64,000 nucleotides of DNA, taken from assembly GCA_021203245.1 (NCBI GenBank), contig JAJQBO010000080.1, positions 1-64,000 on the forward strand. Reading direction: 5' to 3'. A model generated the notes under the pieces. The model searched no databases and was not told where the DNA came from. It was given only the letters and a program-made list of their open reading frames with translations. This document shows positions 18,749 to 27,916 of the stretch, piece after piece. The DNA is from Planctomycetaceae bacterium. GTDB taxonomy: Bacteria > Planctomycetota > SZUA-567. Within the stretch, counting starts at the first letter, position 1. Each line of letters starts with the position of its first letter. The position numbers and the translations under genes are program-made.

Positions 18749-19389
18749 ATGAACGAGGAGACTAATCGCATGGTGACGCATGGGTTGTACGATAGAAAAT
18801 GGGTGTATCCGTCGCTCCTGTTCCTGTTTCTGCTGTTCCTGATCTGGGCGCTGGGGCTGGGTAGGGCGCGGGCAGCCGAAAATGCGCGGCCGGGAATGCT
18901 CCGCCACGCCGCCGCGATGCCGGGGAAACGTTCCGCAGTCGCGCCGGCCATGGCGAAGACGATTTCATCGCCGCTGCCGAGCGCTTCAACGGCCGTCTCC
19001 ACGACGCATCCAGCGGCTATGACCGCTTCACCGGCCGGGCCGACGACCGCCGGGACCTCTATTCCGGCTTCGGCGTGGGCGACGCGGTCGCAGGCTATTT
19101 CCAGGACCGTTCCGACGATGCCCGCCTTTCCCGGGATTCGGACAACGATCGCCGCTACCACCAGGCGCGCCTCCAGATGAATCAACGCCGCCTGCAGGAA
19201 ACGAGCGCGTACCGCAACCAGCGCCGTGAGATGGAGAACCGCCTTTCCACCTCCAGCCGCACAAGTCCCGAATACACCCGGCTCGAGCGCGAACTGAACG
19301 ACCTTGATCGTCGTCACGCCGAGCGCGAGCGCAACTACGAACGTGATTTTCGCAACATGGACGCGGATTATTCAGTGTCGCAGTGGTAA
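18749..19389 (+). pseudogene. hypothetical signal-anchored, highly charged protein; apparent frameshift (or a 104-aa CDS from GTG 19075)
   Basis: A hydrophobic N-terminus (WVYPSLLFLFLLFLIWALGLG) lies in one frame. The G/C3-rich coding signal for a D/R/E-rich C-terminus (...DRRYHQARLQMNQRRLQE...ERELNDLDRRHAERERNYERDF) lies in another frame and is open from 18865. Confidence 0.35.
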
Positions 19390-19658
19390 AGCAGGCGAAG
19401 GAGTTTCGGGCCGGCGGTGTACGTTGTGCCGGCCCAGGCGTTGCCGGGTTTTCCCATCAGTGAAAGGTTGGCAACGCACCTGTCCATCCGGGGACGACAG
19501 CCGTTATGACGGCCGCGTTACAGTAGGGATGGACGCTTCCGGCGGGGATGTGGCGGACATTGGTCCAAAGTATCTCCCGCCCATATGCGGGGCACGAGGG
19601 CAAGACTCGGGTGTCAGCGATACCCTATAATAACCAGGCTCTTTTCCCGCGTAGGATG

Positions 19659-19692
19659 GGGCGCCCGCATTGGTGGGCGCCCTGTTTTTTTC
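19659..19692 (+). terminator. orphan intrinsic terminator
   Basis: GGGCGCCC-gcattggt-GGGCGCCC followed by TGTTTTTTTC. It lies 270 nt after the nearest upstream stop codon. Confidence 0.7.
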
Positions 19693-19845
19693 TTCCATGG
19701 CCTGCCGGGGGCTGGCAGGAATCGCCGGTAGAATTTGCCCCCGCTGGTTGCCGGCAGAAACCGGCGCGACCATCGCAACTTTTTCCATACGTCCATCACC
19801 TTAAATCAAAATAACTTGCAAATTCCTTTACTCTAAATGCCAGAG

Positions 19846-19861
19846 TGGCACGCCTGTTGCT
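19846..19861 (+). promoter_or_regulatory. sigma-54 (-24/-12) promoter of the flgB operon
   Basis: TGGCAC-gcctg-TTGCT matches the TGGCAC-N5-TTGCW consensus exactly in spacing. It lies 58 nt upstream of the flgB ATG. Confidence 0.75.
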
Positions 19862-19918
19862 CTATCTTCCTGTGTGGACAAGGATGACGATGGTCTGGTC
19901 ATGTAAAAGGAGCCGCAC

Positions 19919-20362
19919 ATGGCGATTTGGGTTAAAGGGTTGATTCAGCGGGAAAGCGTTCCGGTCCTCGAGGCCGCCATGGGCTTCGCCTTCCAGCGCC
20001 ACCTCAACATCATGAACAACATCGCCAACGTCGAGACCCCCTACTACAAGCGCCGGGTCCTGCCGGAAAAGAATTTCGAAGACGCGATGGAGACCGCCCT
20101 TCGCGAACGCCGCGAGCGCCACTGGAACGAATTCACGCCCCGCGACGTTCCCGGCGTCGACTTCTACCAGAACCACCACCCCAACGTCCGCAACCTCGAG
20201 GGCAGGGATTGGGGTCCGATGCGCCACGACGAAAACAACGTCGTCATTGAAAAGGAAATGGCCGACCTCGCCAAGAACTCGGCCTATATGGAAGCCTTGC
20301 AGCAGTTGTTCAAGAACAAGACGACCGGGTTGAAGAGCGCGCTCAGGGACCGCGTCGCATAA
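19919..20362 (+). CDS. flgB: flagellar basal-body rod protein FlgB
   Basis: N-terminal rod motif RHLNIMNNIANVETPYYKRR; 147 aa; sits in flagellar context. Confidence 0.85.
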   Translation: MAIWVKGLIQRESVPVLEAAMGFAFQRHLNIMNNIANVETPYYKRRVLPEKNFEDAMETALRERRERHWNEFTPRDVPGVDFYQNHHPNVRNLEGRDWGPMRHDENNVVIEKEMADLAKNSAYMEALQQLFKNKTTGLKSALRDRVA

Positions 20363-20404
20363 CACCCGCACCCGGCACCGCCAGTAAACGGAAAGGATAC
20401 CGTC

Positions 20405-20734
20405 ATGAACATCGATACCGAGACGCTCTGCAACGAGGAAACGGCGAAGATAATGGGCTCGTCCCTTCTCAAGCACGCCAGGGAGATTTACCGCTACGCG
20501 CTCTCCTATTGCGCCGAATCGCCGGCGAACGAGTATATGGACGACGAGAGCCGCACCGTCTACCGCCGCAATCTCGACCGCATGATCAAGGAAATGTACG
20601 CCCTCATGCTGATGGCCCGGTACAAGGGGGTGTCCCGCTACTGCAACCGCGAACAGGTGGACGCCTATGTCGAAGCCGCCTACGAGACCATAGCGCCTCG
20701 TCCGGTCGTCGACTATCCCGCTCTCTGGAACTAG
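20405..20734 (+). CDS. hypothetical protein encoded between flgB and flgC
   Basis: Strong G/C3 bias, with a GGAAAGGA Shine-Dalgarno 6 nt before the ATG. 109 aa, no TM segment, predicted helical. I recognise no domain. Confidence 0.7.
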   Translation: MNIDTETLCNEETAKIMGSSLLKHAREIYRYALSYCAESPANEYMDDESRTVYRRNLDRMIKEMYALMLMARYKGVSRYCNREQVDAYVEAAYETIAPRPVVDYPALWN

Positions 20735-20786
20735 GAGCGGAACAAAGGGTTACCGGGAGGAAGCGACATACAATCGGGGGAACGAA

Positions 20787-21230
20787 ATGAGCAACATGCT
20801 GGTCGGCGGCGTTTTTACCATGTTTGACATCAGTGCTTCGGGTATCAGGGCGGAACGGGCGCGCATGAACGTCCACGCCAACAACCTCGCCAACATCAAC
20901 ACCACGAGGGGCGAGGACGGCGAGCCCTACCGCAGGCGCAGGGTTTATTTCAAGGAAGGCGCGCCCGAGATAACCGGTTCGCGCGAATGGGGCGTCTCGG
21001 TCGCCCGCGAGGACAAGGACTACGATACCGAATTCCAACTGAAGTGGGACCCGAACCACCCGGACGCGATCAAGGAAGGCGAACTCGCCGGCTATCTCCG
21101 TCTCCCCAATGTCCAGGTGGCTGTCGAAATGGTGGACATGATGATGGCTGCCCGCGCCTACGAAGCCAACCTCACCACCATGGACACGGCAAAGCAGATT
21201 CACTCGGGGGCACTCAGGATTATCGCGTAA
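20787..21230 (+). CDS. flgC: flagellar basal-body rod protein FlgC
   Basis: ISASGIRAERARMNVHANNLANINTTR near the N-terminus, and the C-terminal MVDMMMAARAYEANLTTMDTAKQ typical of FlgC. Confidence 0.9.
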   Translation: MSNMLVGGVFTMFDISASGIRAERARMNVHANNLANINTTRGEDGEPYRRRRVYFKEGAPEITGSREWGVSVAREDKDYDTEFQLKWDPNHPDAIKEGELAGYLRLPNVQVAVEMVDMMMAARAYEANLTTMDTAKQIHSGALRIIA

Positions 21231-21441
21231 GGCATCACGGAATTTGCTTGAACACGAGGGTGGTTTTCCCTAAGGTATGAATGTGGAAACGACATTTTTA
21301 AGCGGTTATAGCGGATAACTCCCGAAATACGGTCATTTTCTTCAGGCTGTTCAAGTTTTATCCGCCGCAACCGATAGAAGATATGTACAATAGTGGTATG
21401 CGGCCGCCCTGTCGGCGGACGCAACCAGAGGAGGACGGGAT

Positions 21442-21753
21442 ATGGCAATCGATCCCACAACCGGAAGACTGGATGGCATCGGCCGCGTGGGCGAACCCGC
21501 GCGCGGCCCGCAACGCGCCGATCCCGCCACCGGCGACGACTTCAAGCAGTTCCTCCTGGAAAACCTGAACAAGGTCAACACCATGCAGCAGGACGCGGGC
21601 AAGGCCGTGACCGACATGGTTATGGGCAAGGAGCAGGACATCACCAAGGTCATGACGGCGATGGAAAAGGCCAGCGTCGCCTTCGACACCCTGATGGCCG
21701 TCCGGAACAAGCTGGTCGAGTCCTACCAGGAAATCCTGCGTATGCGCGTATAA
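21442..21753 (+). CDS. fliE: flagellar hook-basal body complex protein FliE
   Basis: 103 aa. The C-terminus ...VMTAMEKASVAFDTLMAVRNKLVESYQEILRMRV is the FliE signature. Confidence 0.85.
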   Translation: MAIDPTTGRLDGIGRVGEPARGPQRADPATGDDFKQFLLENLNKVNTMQQDAGKAVTDMVMGKEQDITKVMTAMEKASVAFDTLMAVRNKLVESYQEILRMRV

Positions 21754-21791
21754 TATGGACGCCGGAGGGCGCAGAGCGCCCTCCGAAAAAA

Positions 21792-21817
21792 GCGGCCCGG
21801 ACCGGCCGCCTTTTTTT
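21792..21817 (+). terminator. intrinsic terminator after fliE
   Basis: GCGGCC-loop-GGCCGC followed by CTTTTTTTG. A second hairpin, GGAGGGCGC-aga-GCGCCCTCC, precedes it at 21764-21784. Confidence 0.7.
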
Positions 21818-21922
21818 GCCCTCTTTTTTTTCAACTTTGTCCGGAAATCAGAGTGCATGGAATAGCAACCGCACAGTCAAGCACCGCCCTCCTATCCGCC
21901 CGCTCCGGCCCCAGGCCGGCTG

Positions 21923-21939
21923 TGGGTTTCGGTTTTGCA
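21923..21939 (+). promoter_or_regulatory. weak sigma-54-like element upstream of fliF
   Basis: GGGTTT-cggtt-TTGCA has GG-N10-GC spacing and a good -12 TTGCA, but a poor -24 half. It lies about 125 nt before the fliF ATG. Confidence 0.25.
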
Positions 21940-22061
21940 GGATAGGGAGCCGCGACGCCCGCCCGGAACGGCGTGGGGACGCCGAACCGGAAGCGCGGGA
22001 TGGCCGGAAGCAGGGTATGCCGGCCGAGGGATCGGGAACACATCTAGGGGGAGTGTAGCGC

Positions 22062-23747
22062 ATGAACGTTCTCAGGCAACTGTGGGCCGACGCCCAGTCC
22101 GTCCTGCGGGATATGTCTGTCACCCAGCGGGTGGCGGTCACGTTTCTGGTCCTGACCGTGGCGGTGTGGCTGACCTTCGCCGCCTGGATGGGCACCACCC
22201 CGGGCGAGTCCGGCCGCCGTCCCCTGCCGATGGAAGTCGACCCGGCCGACGTCAACGACGTCCTCGCCCAACTCAAGGCCAAGGGCATCCGCACCGCCGA
22301 ATACGACTACGACGGCCGCCGCATCATCGTCAATGTCGAGGAGGAAAAGAACGCCGTCATCGCCCTCGCGGAAGAAGGCCTGCTCCGGGACGCCCACGCC
22401 TTCGGCTTTACCCAGATGCTGGACGGCTGGGCCTTTTCCGACACGCGCATGAAATCGGAAGAGGCGATGCGCCTCGCCCGCGCCAACGAAGTCTCCCGCC
22501 TTATCGAAAACCTGGACGTCATCAAGGAAGCCCAGGTCATCTACTCCGACGACGTCCGCACCTCCCTGTTCGGCGTGGCCCACAAAAAGACCGCCGCCGT
22601 CCGCGTCCGCACCAAGCTGCAGAAGAGCCTAACCGAAAACGACGCCGAGACGATTATCGCCCTCGTCTCCGCCGCCAAGGCGGGTCTCGACCCCCGCGAC
22701 GTCGTCGTGACGGATCAGCTCGGCAACAAGTTCCACACCCAGTCCAACTCCGGCCTCACCGCCATGGCCAAGCAGAAATGGTCGACCCAGTACGCCCTCG
22801 ACGAAGAACTCCGGCGCAAGCTGGAAAACCTCATGCGCTCCTATATCCCCAACTTCTCCTACGAAGGCGACGTCAACGCCTTCCCGAAGCACGACGTCTC
22901 GTTCGATTATGTCGAAGTCCTCGACCACCAGATTCTCCCGGGCGAGGTCGGGCGTTCCACCAACTCCACCTATTCGATGGTGTCGACCAAGCGGCCGTTC
23001 GAAGAGCCGGGGGTGCAGCCGAATGCGCGCCGCGTCGCCAACATGGGCGGGTACGGCTGGCTCTACCAGGAGGAGACGCGCGAGAACCGCAAGGACAAGT
23101 CGCAGGAAAACCAGAACTCCTACCGCCAGACAGCCACCAAGGTCGCGCCGATGGTGAAAAACCTCACCGTCGCGGCGGTCATCCACCTGCCCTTCCAGCT
23201 TCGCAGGGACGAAGAAGGCCGCCCCATCCAGGCGGTCAATGAGATGGGCGAGCCGCTCATCGACCCGGAGACGCGCCTCCCCATGTGGGAGCGGGAGTCC
23301 GCCGCGCCCCTCGGCCAGGCCCAGATCGACGAACTGAAGCGCCAGATCGCCTTCGCCTCGGGCATAGCCGCCGCCGACATCCCGGAGAAGATCGAGGTCA
23401 GCCAACTGCCGTGGATGCCGCCGGTCTACTCGCCTCCGGGCGGCGAAGCGCCCTTGGCCCTGGCCATGCGCCTCCTGTCGCAGCACATGACGTCGATAGT
23501 GACCTTTATCTTCTTTGCCCTGGCGGTATACATCGTCTACCGCTATGCCACCCGTCCGATTCCGACCGAACTCGAGGAATACGTCGAGCCCGAAGCCATG
23601 TCCCTGGCGCTGACCCAGGCCGAGGACGACGACGAGGACAACATCGACGAGGAATGGGACAACCTCCGCTCCAAGGTCACGGCAGCCGTTCAGGAGGATC
23701 CGAAACGCGCCGCGACCCTGCTGAAACGGTGGATGCGGAAGGAATAG
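22062..23747 (+). CDS. fliF: flagellar M-ring protein FliF
   Basis: 561 aa with N-terminal and C-terminal TM segments, a periplasmic ring-building region, and an acidic C-terminal tail. It is followed by fliG. Confidence 0.9.
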   Translation: MNVLRQLWADAQSVLRDMSVTQRVAVTFLVLTVAVWLTFAAWMGTTPGESGRRPLPMEVDPADVNDVLAQLKAKGIRTAEYDYDGRRIIVNVEEEKNAVIALAEEGLLRDAHAFGFTQMLDGWAFSDTRMKSEEAMRLARANEVSRLIENLDVIKEAQVIYSDDVRTSLFGVAHKKTAAVRVRTKLQKSLTENDAETIIALVSAAKAGLDPRDVVVTDQLGNKFHTQSNSGLTAMAKQKWSTQYALDEELRRKLENLMRSYIPNFSYEGDVNAFPKHDVSFDYVEVLDHQILPGEVGRSTNSTYSMVSTKRPFEEPGVQPNARRVANMGGYGWLYQEETRENRKDKSQENQNSYRQTATKVAPMVKNLTVAAVIHLPFQLRRDEEGRPIQAVNEMGEPLIDPETRLPMWERESAAPLGQAQIDELKRQIAFASGIAAADIPEKIEVSQLPWMPPVYSPPGGEAPLALAMRLLSQHMTSIVTFIFFALAVYIVYRYATRPIPTELEEYVEPEAMSLALTQAEDDDEDNIDEEWDNLRSKVTAAVQEDPKRAATLLKRWMRKE

Positions 23748-23794
23748 CGGGTATACTGGTACACATAAGAGAATACTGACAGGATACAGCAGCC

Positions 23795-24820
23795 ATGGCG
23801 AAATCGACCAAGCTCGAAGGACTGACCGGTTTGCGGAAAGCCGCCGTTTTGATGATCTCCCTGGATATGGACTCCAGTTCGAAGATCATGAGCAACTTGT
23901 CGACCGACGACATCGAACGGCTGTCGATGGAAATTGCCCGCATCGAGGAAGAGATTGCCCCCGATATCCGCGACGCCGTCGTCCGGGAGTTCTACCAGAC
24001 CCACATGGCGTCCAAGTACCTGGAACAGGGCGGCATCGAATACGCCCGCCAGCTCTTGGAAAAGAGCCTGCCGCCGGAGGAAGCGGCCAAGATCCTGGCC
24101 ACCCTCGAAAACACCATCCAGCAGGCGCCGTTCCATTTCCTCAAGCAGGCCGATTCCGAACACCTGCTCATGTACATCCAGGACGAGCACCCGCAGACCA
24201 TCTCCCTCATCATGGCCCACCTGTCGCCCAAGCAGGCGGCGGAAATCCTCGGCGGTCTGACGCCGAAGAAACAGCTCGAGGTGGTCAAGCGCATCGCCCG
24301 GATGGAACAGACGACGCCCGAGGCCATCCGCCTGGTCGAGCAGGGCCTCGAATCGCGCCTCGCCTCCATCGTCACCCAGGACCTGGAGTCGGCGGGCGGC
24401 GTCGCGTCGGTGGCGGAGATGCTCAACCTCTGCGACCGCACCACCGAAAAGGGCATTCTCGAAAATCTCGAGGAAGCCGACCCCGATATGGTCGAACAGA
24501 TCCGCAAACTCATGTTCGTCTTCGAGGATATCATCCTCGTCAACGACAAGGGCATCCAGTCGATGCTTCGGGAAGTGGAGAACGACGAACTCGCCACCGC
24601 CCTCAAGACGGCGTCCGAAGCGATGCAGGAAAAGATATTCAAAAACATGTCCAGCCGCGCCTCCGAGATGATCAAGGAAAACATGGAATTCATGGGCCCG
24701 GTCCGCCTTTCCGACGTCGAACAGGCCCAGCAACGCATTGTCGATATTGTCCGCCGTCTGGAGGAGACGGGCGAAGTCATCATTTCCGGCCGCGGCGGCG
24801 ACGACAACGTGGTTGTGTAA
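23795..24820 (+). CDS. fliG: flagellar motor switch protein FliG
   Basis: 341 aa. LTGLRKAAVLMISLD..., ...EHPQTISLIMAHL... and C-terminal ...EQAQQRIVDIVRRLEETGEV are typical of FliG. Confidence 0.95.
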   Translation: MAKSTKLEGLTGLRKAAVLMISLDMDSSSKIMSNLSTDDIERLSMEIARIEEEIAPDIRDAVVREFYQTHMASKYLEQGGIEYARQLLEKSLPPEEAAKILATLENTIQQAPFHFLKQADSEHLLMYIQDEHPQTISLIMAHLSPKQAAEILGGLTPKKQLEVVKRIARMEQTTPEAIRLVEQGLESRLASIVTQDLESAGGVASVAEMLNLCDRTTEKGILENLEEADPDMVEQIRKLMFVFEDIILVNDKGIQSMLREVENDELATALKTASEAMQEKIFKNMSSRASEMIKENMEFMGPVRLSDVEQAQQRIVDIVRRLEETGEVIISGRGGDDNVVV

Positions 24821-24823
24821 AGC

Positions 24824-26077
24824 ATGGAAGAATCCCCGGTCATCAATGATTCAGACGATTTTGTGCCGATGGACCTCGTCGACGCCGTGCCGGACGAGGC
24901 CCTGGACGACGTGCCGCCCGAGGCCGCCGCCCCCACCGGCGACGACAACGACGGCGGCGACGGCTCGCCCGTCCACGACCCGTCGGACGAATTCGTCCCC
25001 ATGGCCGCCCCGGCCGCGCCGGCGGCGGCTGCGCGCATGCCCACCCCCAACCAGGTCCTGCACCTGTCGGCCGAGGACAAGCGCCTCGACACCGTGCCGT
25101 TCGAATTCGCCGACATCCGCGCCCTGGCGCAACGCATTCTCAAGCGCGCCCAGGAACAGGGCCAGGCCAAGCTGGATTCCGCCCGCAAGCAGGTCGAGGC
25201 GATGGAGAAGGCGGCCTACGACAAGGCCTACAAGGAGGCGTTCTCTAAAGGCCAGCAGGAAGGTTTCGCCAAGGGCGAAAAGGACGGCAAGGCCGAAGCG
25301 CAGACCCAGATCAACGAAGCCATCGAAGCGGAAAAGGAGGCGCTCCGCAACCATGTCGCGCCGGTCGCCGAGACGCTCCAGCACATCGCCGAAGCCTTTA
25401 CCGCCGCCAAGGACCAGCTTATGGCCCAGGCCGAAGGCGATCTGCTCATGCTCGCCCTCGACCTCGCCAAGCGCCTCGTCAATCACGAGCTGTCGGTCAA
25501 TCCCGAGGCGATCAAGCCCCTGGCGCTCGAGTGCATCGGCCTTGTCACCGATCGGACTACCCTGACGGTCAGGGTCAATCCCGAAGACAAGGCGGTCATG
25601 GACGAATATTATCCCGACCTCAAACTGATTTTCCCCGATCTCGGCCCGGTCGTCATCCAGGCCGATCCGTCGGTGGAACGGGGCGGCATCATGGCCGCGA
25701 CCCGCGAAGCGGAGGTGGATATGCGCCTTGCCACCCGCCTTGCCGCGTTCGAGGAGGTTATTCTCGGCTTCTCCGGCGAGGACGCGATTCCGCCATGGGG
25801 AGCCATCCCCGAGGACGCCATCGCCGCCGCCAAGGCCGCCAGCGCCGAGTCGGCCTATTCACTGTGGGACGACAATGACGGCGACGCATCCGAAGCCGAC
25901 TCGCAAGCGGAAAGCGCCCCGGAAAACAGTGCGGAAGTTCCTGAAGAAAATCCCGGGCCGCCCCTGGCCGCCGATGCGGCCGAACCCGTTCCGCCCGAAG
26001 CCGATGGCGATGTGGCGGAGCTTGCCGATCTCGTCGACGAAGGGATTTCGGACGAAGGACAACAGCCGGAAGGCTGA
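24824..26077 (+). CDS. fliH: flagellar assembly protein FliH (long, acidic N- and C-terminal extensions)
   Basis: A central FliH/V-ATPase-E-like coiled region (AYKEAFSKGQQEGFAKGEKDG...LALDLAKRLVNHEL), located between fliG and fliI. Confidence 0.8.
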   Translation: MEESPVINDSDDFVPMDLVDAVPDEALDDVPPEAAAPTGDDNDGGDGSPVHDPSDEFVPMAAPAAPAAAARMPTPNQVLHLSAEDKRLDTVPFEFADIRALAQRILKRAQEQGQAKLDSARKQVEAMEKAAYDKAYKEAFSKGQQEGFAKGEKDGKAEAQTQINEAIEAEKEALRNHVAPVAETLQHIAEAFTAAKDQLMAQAEGDLLMLALDLAKRLVNHELSVNPEAIKPLALECIGLVTDRTTLTVRVNPEDKAVMDEYYPDLKLIFPDLGPVVIQADPSVERGGIMAATREAEVDMRLATRLAAFEEVILGFSGEDAIPPWGAIPEDAIAAAKAASAESAYSLWDDNDGDASEADSQAESAPENSAEVPEENPGPPLAADAAEPVPPEADGDVAELADLVDEGISDEGQQPEG

Positions 26078-26157
26078 TACGACCATTACAACTGAGAAAA
26101 AATGAGCGCCTTACTTTTCATCGCGGCCTCATCCATAACCTCACGCATTCCCCCATC

Positions 26158-26336
26158 GTCACCCCGGCGGTGAAGCGTTGAACCGGGCGAGGGGCGTGAG
26201 GTTGTGCCGGGGCAATCAGGGACGCGATTTGTTACCCGATGGAAGAAAACGTGCGTTTACTGCAGCAACGGTTCGTCCGCTGCCCCGACACCACCTCCCG
26301 TTTTCCGCACGGCGAACATCAGCACGCCGGGGTGAC
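26158..26336 (+). repeat. 179-nt structured palindromic repeat, copy B (fliH-fliI spacer)
   Basis: See copy A. Terminal inverted repeat: GTCACCCCGGCG (26158-26169) and CGCCGGGGTGAC (26325-26336). Inner helix: 26204-26214 with 26281-26291. Confidence 0.8.
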
Positions 26337-26404
26337 GCGAGAGGTGAAAGTTCTGTACGTCGTGAGAAGTTTTCGTTTACCCTTTTTTCTTACCTGGCGG
26401 TTCG

Positions 26405-27775
26405 ATGAGCGCATCCACCTACGAGTACAAACGCCGTCGCCTCCCCAACATCCTTCCCGCGCGGGTCGCGGGCCGGGTGCGCCGGGTCACCGGGCTGATC
26501 GTCGAGACGACCCCCCTGCCCCTCCCGGTCGGCAGCCTCTGCTATATCTTCTCGCGACTGTCCCGCACCGCCGTCGAGTCGGAGGTGGTCGGCTTTCGCG
26601 AAAACGCCACCCTGATGATGCCATTAGGCGAAATGCGCGGCATCGGCCCGGGCGACCGGGTCGAGTCCAACACCACCGAGCAGGTCGTGCCGGTCGGCTA
26701 CCAGCTTCTCGGCCGCGTCCTGGACGGCATGGGCAGGCCGATGGACGGCAAAGGCCCCATCATCGCCACCGCCACCTACCCGATTTACGCCGATCCGCCC
26801 GACCCGGTCCTGCGCCCGCGCATTTCCGAGGTGTTGTCCACCGGCGTGCGGAGCATCGACGGCTTCATGACCATCGGCAAAGGCCAGCGCATCGGCATCA
26901 TGGCCGGTTCGGGCGTGGGCAAGTCCACCCTGCTCGGCATGATCTCCCGCTTTTCCAATTCGCAGATGTCGGTTATTTCACTGGTGGGCGAGCGCGGCCG
27001 CGAGGTGCGCGATTTTATCGAACGGGATCTCGGCCCCGAAGGGATGAAGCGGAGCGTCGTCGTCATCGCGACATCGGACCAGCCCGCGCCGGTGCGCGTC
27101 AAGGCGCCGTTCGTCGCCACCGCCATCGCCGAGTTTTTCCGCGACCAGGGCCACGACGTCACCCTGCTGATGGACACCATCACCCGTATGTGCATGGCCC
27201 AGCGCGATATCGGCGGCTCGGTGGGCGAGGTCGCGGCGTCGAAGGGCTATACTCCCTCCACCTTCGCCCTGATGCCGCGCCTCCTGGAGCGCGCCGGGCG
27301 CAGCCCCGAGGGGTCGATTACCGGCTTCTACACCGTGCTTGTCGAAGGCGACGACATGAACGAACCCATCGCCGACACCGCCCGCGGCATCCTTGACGGC
27401 CACATCGTCCTGTCGCGCCGCATGGCGCACAAAAACCACTACCCAGCCATCGACGTGCTTGAATCCATCTCCCGCGTCGCGTCGGAGATCGTGCCGAAGG
27501 AGGAGATTCAGGCATCGCGGCGTCTTCGCGCCATGCTCGCCACCTACAAGGAAGCGGAAGAACTCATCAACATCGGCGCGTACACGCCCGGCTCCAACCC
27601 GGAGATCGACAAGGCCCGCAACGTCATCGCCGACATCAACGCCATCCTCCAGCAGGATATGAACGACAATTCGGCCTATGAAGAAACCATGAAGAAGATG
27701 ATCCAGGTCGCGAAGAAAAGCAATCAGGAGGTGGCGGTGAGGCGTCCGGCGCAGCAGCAGCCGGGGCGGCGGTGA
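26405..27775 (+). CDS. fliI: flagellum-specific ATPase FliI
   Basis: 456 aa. Walker A GSGVGKSTLLGMI, Walker B VTLLMDTITR, and homology to the F1/T3SS ATPase beta-like fold. Confidence 0.95.
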   Translation: MSASTYEYKRRRLPNILPARVAGRVRRVTGLIVETTPLPLPVGSLCYIFSRLSRTAVESEVVGFRENATLMMPLGEMRGIGPGDRVESNTTEQVVPVGYQLLGRVLDGMGRPMDGKGPIIATATYPIYADPPDPVLRPRISEVLSTGVRSIDGFMTIGKGQRIGIMAGSGVGKSTLLGMISRFSNSQMSVISLVGERGREVRDFIERDLGPEGMKRSVVVIATSDQPAPVRVKAPFVATAIAEFFRDQGHDVTLLMDTITRMCMAQRDIGGSVGEVAASKGYTPSTFALMPRLLERAGRSPEGSITGFYTVLVEGDDMNEPIADTARGILDGHIVLSRRMAHKNHYPAIDVLESISRVASEIVPKEEIQASRRLRAMLATYKEAEELINIGAYTPGSNPEIDKARNVIADINAILQQDMNDNSAYEETMKKMIQVAKKSNQEVAVRRPAQQQPGRR

Positions 27776-27916
27776 AGACCAAAGTTACTGTTTAATCAAT
27801 ACCGCAAATACAGCTTGAGTCTGGTGCTATTACCGTCTTTTCCAGTGGACCCCGGCCGAATCTCTGCTGCGCCAACCCTGAACGGCACACCATCCCACGC
27901 TCATCACAAAAACCAC

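Noticed and set aside
18733-19317. A 194-aa ORF on the minus strand.
   Set aside because: It is an Ala/Gly/Val-rich mirror of the plus-strand coding signal, with no motifs.
26239-27396. A 385-aa ORF overlapping the fliH-fliI spacer and fliI.
   Set aside because: It is out of frame with the unmistakable FliI ATPase, and its translation is Arg/Pro/Gly-rich noise.
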